A stretch of 64,000 bases of DNA from Felis catus (taxonomy: Eukaryota), in assembly GCF_018350175.1 (NCBI RefSeq), contig NC_058369.1:19282001-19346000 (forward strand). Reading direction: 5' to 3'. Below are positions 1 to 10,603 of this stretch, in pieces; position 1 is the first letter of the stretch, and every line of letters begins with the position of its first letter. The notes beneath the pieces are model-generated. The model searched no databases. It was not told the DNA's origin and was given only the letters and a program-made list of their open reading frames with translations. A program made the position numbers and the translations under genes.

Positions 1-726
1 ATCTGGCATGGCAGAACCCTGGCCCTGGGGGCAGTAAGGGGGACAAAGTCTGACGTCTTATCAGGAAAGTGGGAAGGTGCCCAAAGAAGGACTACAAAGT
101 CCAGGCTGCACAGGATGATCCTGCTCCAGACAAGTTTAAGCCTCCAAAAGACTGGCAGGCCAACTCCCCAGACCCAGAAGCCTGTGTCCCTGATCTCCCT
201 CCTCCCTAGCTGGAAGTTGGGCTGACGGCCAAGGGCTAAACCTAGCGGAGAACCACTTCTCAGGGCCTTCTCAGGGGGCAGCTGCAGGTGAGAACACAGG
301 GTCAGCAGGGAACAGAGAAAGTACTAGGTGGCAGAGTTCTGCCTGCTGGAACAGAAACCCCAAGCCCACTCTCCTGGTGGTATCCACAACTAGTCCTGGG
401 AGGAAGCAGGTAGGTTTGGGCTACAGAGCCTGGTGGTAGACCAAGGGCAGGGTGGCACCCGTCTGATTGCTGTCCACCTAGGATGGGTGGACCTAAGATG
501 GCTCATGCTGTGACCTCATGTGGGGTCAGCTCACACTCCTGGGGGCAGGACAGCTGTTCCAGAACTACTTGGGGTCACGCTCTCACCTCAGGTCAAGTAG
601 GTAGGGCCAATCCCTAGTGAAGCACCCCAAAGCCTTCCAATTCCAGGGGTCCCTACCTATTAAACACAATAGGTGAAAATGTCCCTCCATTCTGAGGGGG
701 TCTGCAGTGAGGTCTGTGTGAATACA

Positions 727-740
727 CTGCCACCTGCTGG
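727..740 (-). promoter_or_regulatory. CTCF consensus motif
   Basis: CCAGCAGGTGGCAG on the minus strand fits the CCASYAGRKGGCRS consensus. Binding is not shown. Confidence 0.55.
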
Positions 741-901
741 TTACAGCTGGGATGACCACGGGCTGGGCTCAGGCTTACCTTGAGCCTTGATGATAAAGAT
801 GGGTCACCAGAGTGGCCCAGGCCTACCCACAGAACCCAGATGGTGGTCTAGACACTGGATGTCACAGCGGGTACCACTTGTATGCAGGGTCTACAAATAA
901 T

Positions 902-907
902 TTTATT
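902..907 (-). terminator. TUSC2: TUSC2 poly(A) signal AATAAA
   Basis: tttatt on + at 902-907, about 1.2 kb past the TUSC2 stop codon. Confidence 0.75.
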
Positions 908-2089
908 GAAACTAAACAAATAACACAACAGTCTTCTTCTTAGATTAGGGGCCACCCTTCCCAAGCCATTTCCCACACTCTTAAAAGCACAGAGCTTGCA
1001 CAGTAAGGAATTAAAAAAAAAAATCATTTCGATGTAGAAATCAGACTCTGCCCCAACATCATGGACTAAACTATTTACAAACTTTCACATTTTAAGTATT
1101 CCTTTATGGTTGATCTCTCCTTTCTGTCCTTACCCAGGGGCTCCAATACCTTCCCTTGACTGATCCTGAGGGATGGGTATACTTAGGGAAAGGGGTGATG
1201 GGCTCCTTATAGCTATTGGCACCAGCCCTAGGGTGCTGTCCCTCACCAATGGGTGGCGGATGGTCACCCAATGGCAGGGGTTTGTGTGGGGCTGGTTCAA
1301 AGGCATGGAGGATTAGACAAAGTAGATGGGTTGGTACAACTCCCCATAGGCACAGGCATCCATAGCCCTTCCTGATCCCATCTTAGGCCCTCTCAACTGG
1401 GATGTGTGTGGGGGCAACAAGTAGTTGCAGTGGGGAGGGATCAGCCCAGCCCTGGGTGGAGGGAGTATCCTCCTATACCAGTCCCATCTCCTATTAACAG
1501 CTGGCAAACTGTCCATCCGTCTGGGAGTGGGAACAGATGAGCAGGTAGACAGGAAGAATCAGGCTTGCACTGCCCCCAGCCTCTGTCCAACACAGGAGGA
1601 ATCGAGGTAGCAAACGGCTGAAATGCTCCAACAAGGGGGTAAGGGAAATGAGGGAAGGGAAGTTCCCGCTTGCGTACAGCTCCTGCAGCCCAGGGGCTGG
1701 AAGAAGGCAGACCTTGCTTGTAAAGTGCTGTAACCCTTAGCAGGGCTGGGCCCTAGGCAAGCTTGGAAGAAAGCAGGCCAGGCAAGGGTGCAAGAACCAG
1801 GCATTCCTGACCAGCATATGCCCTGCCATGCTCCTTGTAGGGATTGCTGGGGAAGGTGGGCTGGTAACTCTGCCATTAGCCCTCACCAGCCGCCAGCCAC
1901 CTCTTGTCCACATACAAACCAACACCCGACCAACACTGCAGGACTGCCCCGCTCACAGCTGAAGGTTCCAGGCCAGTGCAGTTTATTCAGGGTTGTGGCC
2001 CCAGCTTAGGTTCCTTAATGGAAGCCACACCTTGAGCCTGGGGGTTTCTTGCTGGGGTAGGGAGTGTTTATGCCTGCCACTCCCCAGGC

Positions 2090-3635
2090 TCACACCTCAT
2101 AGAGGATCACAGGAAAATCCACGTGGATGCGGGGAGGATCCAGCTTCACGATGCCCTGCCATGGAAACAGAGGCTAGTGAGGGCCAGCTCCTCCCTCAAG
2201 AGCTCCCACCATGACAGCAGACCCCATCTGGGTCTACCTCCACACACTCAGCATAGGCTCAATGACCACTGCCCCAGCCTCTCACCTGAGGAATCAGGTT
2301 CTTATGGACCCGCCTCAGCTTGGCCCGCTTCTGCCCATTCTTAGTGACGATTGTCTCCTCGTAGAACTCGTGAGCCAGATCCCCATCCTCATCATAGAAC
2401 ATGGAGCTGTGTAGAGAGAGAGGGAACAGGCTGGGCTGGAGCCCCACACCCAGTCATGGCAAATGACCAGACTACAAGGAAGAGTGCCCGCCTCCAAATG
2501 GGGAGGAACAACCTTGATGGGAGGAAGAGAGGATAATATGCCTGAAGGGTACGGGGTCTACTAGAAGCGAATGGGGTGGTAGCCAGTGCTACTCTGTCAG
2601 GCCTCAGGAAGAGACATCATATCAGAGCACATTGTCAAGGCAGCTAAGGCCAGTTCTCATCACTGGTTTGTTCAGCAAAAGTGGCCATTCCAACATCAGG
2701 CCCTTGCTTTCACCCAAGGTGGGCGAAGCAGGATGGCCTGGGCATGTGTCTCACTCCAGAAGATACTACTGGCCCTGGGTCAACCTGAGATGGCAGATAC
2801 CTGAGCTAGGTGGGAACCTAAAGGGAAAAAGTTTGAATCCTCCCCACCCACCCCCAAGTGGCTGGTCTAGCCAAACTACCACTGTTCGGTCTCCCTAGCA
2901 TCTACAGCCAAATCTCCAGCATCACCTAAGTACCATTTCCCCGGACCCACCAGGGCCAGGCCAGTCTAGCGCTCCTGTTTGGACCCATGGAAAAAGAGAG
3001 GGAAGGTCAGTGCTCTAGATCTGAAGAACATACCTGAGTGAGGGTCTTTTTCCCAGGCTCCATTCTCAACACTAGGACCCAGTCCTACTTTCCTAGCTAC
3101 TACCTACCCTCAGAGGTCCAATGCCACCACGGTAGGTAACGGAAACAGCCAAATCAGAGGGTTAGTCTTCCCTCAGAACTGGGGGAGAGGGAGCCTAGGA
3201 GCCTTCAACTTGCAGGCTGGGCTGGAAGGGATGAAAAGAAACCCTCAAGTCTCAGGGAGACCCTATCTCAAGTTAACAGTACAGAGGGCCTACCCACGGA
3301 CAAGCCTCTTCCCCTAGGGAGACCTTCAGAGCAGCCAGGTCGCCAGGAGCCGATTGCCCTGCTTTTCCCATCCCTTGCTCCCACGGGCGTCCAAAACATG
3401 GGACTTCTCCTGGTTCCGGCTGGAGCTCCCTGTGACTCGGGGCGCCCCGCCGCCCGCCTGTCTCCCCGGGGCGGAACCCGCGCCCTTACCCGCGGCGCGT
3501 GAATACGAAGGGGGGCACGACTCGGCCTCGCGGCCGCACCAAAGCTTGCTCAGCGACTGCTGACTCCGGGCCGCCGCCCCCCGCCCCCGAGGCGAAGGGC
3601 CACAGGCCCCGAGCTTTGGAGCCACTGGCGCCCAT
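2090..3635 (-). CDS. TUSC2: Tumour suppressor candidate 2 (FUS1), 110 aa, 3 coding exons
   Basis: join(complement 3490..3635, 2286..2406, 2090..2155). All introns are GT-AG and phases are consistent (146+121+66 = 333 nt). Translation MGASGSKARGLWPFASGAGGGGPESAVAEQALVRPRG...RRG/SMFYDEDGDLAHEFYEETIVTKNGQKRAKLRRVHKNLIPQ/GIVKLDPPRIHVDFPVILYEV* matches TUSC2 as recalled, including the Gly2 myristoylation site. Confidence 0.98.
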
Positions 3636-4100
3636 GTCAGGGCCGCCGGCGCATGGCGAGCCCCGCGGCCGCTTCGCTCTTACAGGGCCGTCGGAGGCAC
3701 CATACCCTGCCTCAGCCTTCTCCCGCAGGTGCTTCCGCCGCCGCCTTCCGCAGGCTCCGCTGTCTCCACGGAAACCTCACTTCCGCTTCCGCACGCTGCC
3801 TTCTCTGATTGGCTGCTTCTCTCGTCGGTCCGCGGGGTGGGACCAATAGCCGCTCTCGGAAGGTAGGCATCCCAGTAGGCACCGCGAGACGTCAGGTCCC
3901 AGCAGGCCACGCTCTCTCCAGCAGGGACAGCTCCCACCCAGTAATGTGGAGGCTGGGTCCTCCTGGTTTTTGCTTGTATGGCGGCTCCGACGTTCCCGAC
4001 CCGAGTTCAGGTCCAGCGGGCCTGCCCAACCACCGGCTTCCCCGCAACCAGCGCTTTAGGAGTGTCCCAGGCCAGGCCGCGCATTGCCCATCTGGTCTCA
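3340..4100. promoter_or_regulatory. TUSC2: TUSC2 CpG-island promoter
   Basis: CpG-dense stretch over exon 1. Tandem ETS/GABP motifs (CACTTCCGCTTCCG, 3778-3791) and CCAAT boxes at 3808-3812 (-) and 3843-3847 (+). Confidence 0.85.
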
Positions 4101-4356
4101 TTTTATTCCCACACCATTTCTGTTATCACCACTGTCGCATTTGAAGAAACCATACCTAAAGAAAATTAAATAATTGGCCACATGTATGGCTACGTTCAGG
4201 TCTGAACAACTTCTAATTTAGTGTTCTTTCCAAACCCACTAGAAGGTATGCTCCACGAAGGCAAGAATTAACAGCTGGACCTTCCATACCGTGAGCAGTG
4301 TTTGGTCTACACTGAGCAGTAGCTCAGTAAATACTTAGTGAAAACGCCCCCAGCAG

Positions 4357-4357
<1 letters not shown>

Positions 4358-4404
<47 letters not shown>
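4358..4404. repeat. (TG)23 microsatellite
   Basis: Perfect dinucleotide run between the RASSF1 3' end and the TUSC2 promoter. Confidence 0.95.
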
Positions 4405-4405
<1 letters not shown>

Positions 4406-4645
4406 GGGAGGCATGTGGATTCCCTAAATTCTAGCTTATATTGTTGCCCCTGCCACAACCTGAGCCCCAGGGTGGTGAGTGATGACAGTAAATATTCATA
4501 CCCCATACCCTTCACAAATTGGTTACATGGTGACTTTGAGAAGGTGCTCTGTGAGCCTGTCCATCACCCTTGGAAGCCACTGGCGTGAGGAGCAACTGCA
4601 GTTGAGGGCCCATAATAAAGAGTTCAAAAGCAGAATTCTTCAATC

Positions 4646-4651
4646 TTTATT
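4646..4651 (-). terminator. RASSF1: RASSF1 poly(A) signal AATAAA
   Basis: tttatt on + at 4646-4651, about 790 nt past the stop codon, with U-rich sequence downstream on the minus strand. Confidence 0.75.
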
Positions 4652-5439
4652 CAGCCACTTCTCTCAGGCCCCAGGCCCTGATGATGACTGTTACCCCCAC
4701 CCCCTTCCCCACAGGAGGCATGCAGCTGAGGCCACAAAATATTACATACATTCGCACACATCATCAAAAATAACTGAGGGAAGGACCCTCGCTCTGACTG
4801 GCAAACAAGGCACGGACCTGGACCAGTGCCCACACTCACACAGACCCTGGCCTAGGGACATCCTCCTTGGAGGAGGCACTGAGGCACTGTTGCTGCACCA
4901 TGAGCCAGCATTTCCTGACCCCAGTGTGTGTGAGGAGACAGAGGCCACTGCAGAGGAAAACCTAGGCTCTTTCCCGATGCCTGTCTTACCTCGAACACCT
5001 GCCCTTGGCTCCAATAGGGCTGTCCTGACACCCCATCCAAGACCCAAAACATACGACTTTTCCCCATAGATGAAGGCCCTCATCCCTGAAAACATGACCT
5101 ATTCTGTTTGTAGGGTCTCCAAGATTCTAGTATCTGAGACACAAATTAAGGAGACTTCTGTCTGCTCTATCCCTGCTGCAAGCCTGGAGCAGCTTCCCAG
5201 GGCAACCCTGGCCCACCATGGCCCACTACACAAAAGGCAGAAGAATGCAGAGCCATGTTCTGCTATACCTGTGGGTGGACACAGGGGGCCAGCTCCTTTG
5301 CTGTTCTCTGGGCTCATTCCCCCAGTAAGAGAGGGCCTCCATGCACACTCATTCTTCAGGCCACACGGGCCCTGTCACACTCACACGGCACGCCCTCGGC
5401 GCTGCCTACTCTCCTCCTTTCACCCAGGGGTACAAGAGG

Positions 5440-8400
5440 TCACCCCAGGGGGCAGGCGTGCAGGGCCTCCTGGATCTTCTGACGGCAATAGGAGTACTTT
5501 TGCAGGATTTGGCGGAGGTGTTCCTCTTCCTCCCGCTGCAGGATGCGCAAGAAGTTGTGTAGCTCAGGCATGCTAAAGGCATCCCACTGCAGGTGGAGAG
5601 GGGGACACAGGATGCAGCAGGCATGGCCAAATCAGCAGGCCCTCCCCAGAGAAGAGCACCAATCACATCACAGAGCTAGGATGGGGCTTTCTAATGTTAG
5701 GTTCTTGCCTGAATGGTCTGTGTTAGGGTTCTTGACAATAGTCTGTATAGAAGATGGGCCCCACAAAGCAGGGCAGTCAAAGACACCTCGAAGACAGGCA
5801 ACCAAATTAGATGTTCCCCCATTCCCACACTCTGACTCTAATACTACTCCACAGACTCAATATTTTGGAGCCAGAAAGCTTCCAGGTAAAAAGTCCTAAT
5901 GCCTGAAGAGGGAGCCTCCATGACATCCTGGGCCCATCTGTGTGGCTTTGATCTCACTTGGGATCACCATACTGCCATGGATTCCTCCATCTCCTGAGGA
6001 CTTTCCACAACAGAGAAGAGCAGACCACCAAGACAATTCTTCCTGGCCTCTTGGGAGAGGCCTGTGAGTGGCCTAGAAGTCTTCAGTTTAGCTACAAGGC
6101 TCACATACTCCTGGAGAGGCTTTGTAGGGCTTTTTCTCCAGCCCTATTCCTCCTTCCAGGTTGCTGCTGCAACCTACTAGCCCTACCCAGTGACAACCAA
6201 GAAACTAAAGAGGGCTGTGTACTCACATTTACCTCCCCAGAATCATTCTCTTTGAGGACAAAGCTTAGGGCCTTCTCGCTGGGCCCTGCAAGGAGCCGCA
6301 GCCGCAGGGGTTGCTCATCATCTGATAGCTTCCGGAGGTACACTGAGAGCCAGGCAGGGAGAAAAGAGTATTTGATTAGTCAGGCCCAGCCCACTCACAC
6401 CCTCACACATGATGCATGAATATATACTCTCATACAGCAGGGTGGAGTGGGAAGCCCACCTTGGCCATGGCGTTCAGCCCGCTCAAAGAGTGCAAACTTG
6501 CGGGGGTCATCCACCACTAAGAACTTGCGCAGTAGGGCCTCAATGACCTCGCGTGCCCGTGTGCGTGACAACACATGCAGGTGCTTGACGGCATCTTTGG
6601 GCAAGTAGAAGGAGGTGCGGCGCCTCACAGCTGTGCCCCGTCCTGGGCCCCGCTGGGCAGCCTGCAAGGAGGGTGGCTTCTTGCTGGAGGGCACCGAGAC
6701 AGGGCGCACCAGCTTCAGTTGAACCTTGATGAAGCCTGTGTAGGAGCCATCCTTGTTCTGAAGAGGAGAAATCAAACCATGGCTAGGTTCCAGGTGAGAT
6801 GGAACAGATATGGACACCACCAGTCCACTTGGGGCTAGGCTGGGTGAGAATAAATCACTGCTTAAGCCCAGCCAAGGATACCTTAGCTGTGACCTTTTGG
6901 GAATCAGGCACATAGTCGGGTTCCTGCCTCTCCCCATATACCTTCCCCTGCTATCAACTCACCAGGCTCATGAAGAGGTTGCTGTTGATCTGGCTATTGT
7001 ACTCCTTGATCTTCTGCTCAGTCTCAGCCTGAGAAAGGTCAGGTGTCTCCCACTCCACAGGCTCGTCCTGAAAGATGGGCCAGGGTGGACATAGGGCCCT
7101 AAAAGAACCCATCCCACTGCAATGCATGTCACAGACGCGGAGAAGAATCCAGGTTGGCTGCTTTGAAAAACAGCCTCTGGGGCAGCCTTTGAAAACTGAC
7201 TACAAAGCTTGAGTCCTGACGAGAAGAACCCATCACTGCTCCTGGTTTTGCATGCTATGGATGAACACAGCAAAGGCAGTCATGTGGCTTCTTTATGCCG
7301 CCTACATGGGGCCTCTTCAGCACTGAGTGAGGCCCTGAGGATACCTTAAAACCAAGACAACTGAAGATAAAAGGCCAGGGGCCAGGAAAAGATGTGGGAT
7401 TCTTGTTGACAGTAAAACCACCTTTCAACTGCACAGCCTGATTCCAGCACCCTAGTTAGGTGGGGTCCTGGAGAAAGGAGACCACTTTGCCCTGGCAAAG
7501 GGCCATGACCGCAGGGCAAGAGGTATGGGGACTGGCACATACCAGGAGCCCAGCCAGCTGTGAGTACAAGGGTAAGGGCAACTTCTACAATGTTAACACC
7601 CCCGATGGAGGACTTGGGGCCAGCCCTGCAGGTCTCACACACAGTGAGGAAACCTCAGTGTGATTTGATCTTGACCCAACACAGTGATCTGATCTTGACC
7701 CAAACTGCACAAAAGGCAGCTTCAGGCCAGGCTCCAATCTGCCTCCTAGTAAAGCCACAAGTGCCAAGCAGGTAGGTTTCTGTACCTCCTTCCTCCTATC
7801 TGGAAGTTTAGCCCAAAGATTTTTAGCTCTACCACTCAGCCCTTCCCCCACTCCTCCAGGGGCTGGATTCTTGTCAGAAGGGTGGAGTATGGACCAGGGC
7901 AGCCAGAGCTCTGAATTAACTTTTTTCTACCAAACTCCCTGGTTCCATTGCATCAGCCTTACTTCCTGTTGACGTCAGGTCTTGGTTGGAATGGAAGTGT
8001 CACAGACACAGCTGAGATCACTGCTGACCAATGCTTTCTCCCAGGGGAGTTTTTACAGCTGGTCTCCTGTAGAATAACCTTGTACCCAGCTCTAAGCTCA
8101 GGAGAGGCAGGCTTCTCCCTGACTGCTGCCTTGGAGCCCCTAAGCTTAAACCATCTGATGGGGACAAATAGGGTGGACAGATGAGAGGGTAGGGTGCTTT
8201 TCACCTAGAACAGTTTTATGGCAGTATGCTCTTTACCTAAAACCTACCAGTAAGTATGTGGCACTGAGGACTGAGGCTGGGGTCTCACAGGAAAAAGGTA
8301 TAGGGGGAGGGGTGGGAACTGAAGCCTATTTGCTCCCCCAAGTTTCAAAAAATCTCCTGGATGGAGGAAAGCACTAAGAAGGGAAAACTGTAGCAGAAAT

Positions 8401-8956
8401 CTTACTGGAGACAAGGAGAAACCCTCTAAGACTGGTAAAGAACAAATGGTGTGGGCTTTGGGAAAAGGAGATCTGGGAGGCAAAATGAAGGCTAGAGCCC
8501 GGGAATAAAGGGTGGATGTGTTTGTTCAGGCCCGAAGAGAGGGCTTGGGACAGGAAGGAGTGACCCAATAGAAAGGAGTATCTGGATGGGAGGGTGCTAA
8601 GGGCAGGAGGAAAGCTGAGCAGACTCCAGTACCAGGGCAAGAAGGAAGAGAATTCTGGGGGGGGGGGGGGGGGGGGCACAGAGATGGCACCAACTTATTT
8701 CCCTTGCTTGTGACAGTTCTGAGCTCCAGCCTGAGGGTAAGAACACTTGCTCCTTCCTCTTCCCTTCCCGGTTTAGCCAGGAGCCCTGGAATGGGGTGCA
8801 GTGACCTATGTTCTAGCCCCTTCTCCTCTCCAAGTGAACCTCCCTTAATATCTCTACTCATAAAACAAGAGACCTGGACTGGATGCACTGCACTGTCCTA
8901 CCAGGATTCTAGAGGAAGAAAAGTTTCTTTTTCCACTTCCAAAGCTTCTCACTGGA

Positions 8957-8990
<34 letters not shown>

Positions 8991-10603
8991 AGAGAGAGAG
9001 AGAGTAGGGGACAGGGGCAGAGGGAGAGGAGAGACAATCTTAAACAGGCTTCATGCTCAACATGGAGCCCCACGTGGAGCTTGATCCCACAACCCTGGGA
9101 TCATGATCACAACCTAAGCTGAAATCAAGAGCCCAACGCTCAACCAACTGAGCCACCCAGGGGCCCCCGTTGGAGGATTCTAACAGCCATCCCAGAGGTG
9201 TGCACAACAGGACCATGGAATTTCCCTTCTCCTGCACTACAGTGACCCATCCTCCACTCTGCCTCCATAGTGACTGATGGTTTTTATTTTACATATAATT
9301 TGGGACTCCCCAGCCTCCTTTTCAATTGGTGTCTTGTGGTTTTCTCACTATTTCACAATGAAAAATGCCTCAAGCCTGAGTGACAGACAGGATCCACACT
9401 CAAACCTTGCACCCAAGCTCTGGGCTGAACTTTTGAGTAAAATTTAATCTAAAGAGTATACAATTTTCATCTAAAAAATCACCCACAAGTCTCTTTTTGT
9501 GGCTCATGTAAGGAATTCTGCCCCATTGTTGCTAGGTATTCTGGGCTTTACCGTCCCCATCTCTCTTTCCTGACACTCTGTCCAGGGTGCTCCCCTGAGG
9601 TGTACTAGCTCCAGAATAGTTATCTGAGTTTGGCAGTCACACTTAATGGCACACAGCACAGAGGTTTCTGACAATGGGAACACCTTGGAGGCCTGGAGAG
9701 GAACAGCAGCTCCAGCACATCTTACAGTCCTAGATTAATAACCCCTATCTCTCTTAACTCCTCCTCTGGGCCTTTTACAATCTAGCCTGCCCCACCTCGT
9801 GTGGATAAAATGCTCCCGTTTGCTTATAGTCCAGTCCAGAACTAGGCTTCTTTCCCATCCATTCCCAAATGCCTTTCTTCCAGATCCACACCAATTTTAG
9901 TATGTGTGCTGCTGAAATGAGCACTCCAGCCAGGTCCACTCCAGAATTCTCCGCGTTCCAGCAGCTGGTGACAGGACAGACTGGTAAGAGATGGGGACTC
10001 AGTTGGCTCCGTCCAGGATTGCAAATGGAGAGGCCCGAAACTTCCTTTGCCTCTCTTCCCTAAACACACTTCCCAGTTCCAGGCGAGGACACCTCCCCTT
10101 CCACTTCCTCCCATCCCCGCCCCCATCTCCCAGAGAGGAGGTAGGGGCGTCCCAACGCTGCAATCGAGGTTCTAGTCCGGACTGCGCAGTCGGCTTTAGT
10201 CATAGGTGGATAATGCCCGCCCCGAGTCTGCCCCAAGCCATGTAGCTGCTTCCCCTGGTTCAACCGGTCTGTGACAGAGACAGGGCCTCCGCACCCGGCA
10301 TCAAGGCGCTGAGAGCCCCGCACAAAGTTCCGAGGGCTGGTCCCGGGCGCTCTGGAATCCCCGCCCAAAAACTCGAGCCGGCAATTTAGCGAGGAGGGGC
10401 AGGGTCCCAGCGATCATCACCAGCCCGCCGCCCGCAACCCCGGCCCCCACCTGGTCCCGACGCGGCCTGCGTGCCAGCGAGGTACGCGCCGTGAAGTACT
10501 GCTCAAGCTCCGAGTCCGAGTCCTCCTGGCTGCAGTAGCCACTGCTTGTCGTGCTGCTCCAGGTCATCTCGAAAGAAGGCGTCCCCGCATCCGCCTCGCC
10601 CAT
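5440..10603 (-). CDS. RASSF1: RASSF1 isoform C (272 aa), alternative first exon 2gamma
   Basis: Exon 10451..10603 encodes MGEADAGTPSFEMTWSSTTSSGYCSQEDSDSELEQYFTARTSLARRPRRDQ, ends at donor CAG|GTGGGG, and splices in phase 0 to exon 6963..7067. Contains the SSGYCS beta-TrCP-type phosphodegron. Confidence 0.95.

Noticed and set aside
1-890. Possible HYAL2 5' exon, expected next by synteny
   Set aside because: No CpG island or recognisable HYAL2 sequence here; it probably lies outside the window.
7019-7021. Thr at RASSF1A position 135 where human has Ile, next to the ATM site
   Set aside because: As recalled, mouse also has Thr here, so it is ordinary interspecies variation.
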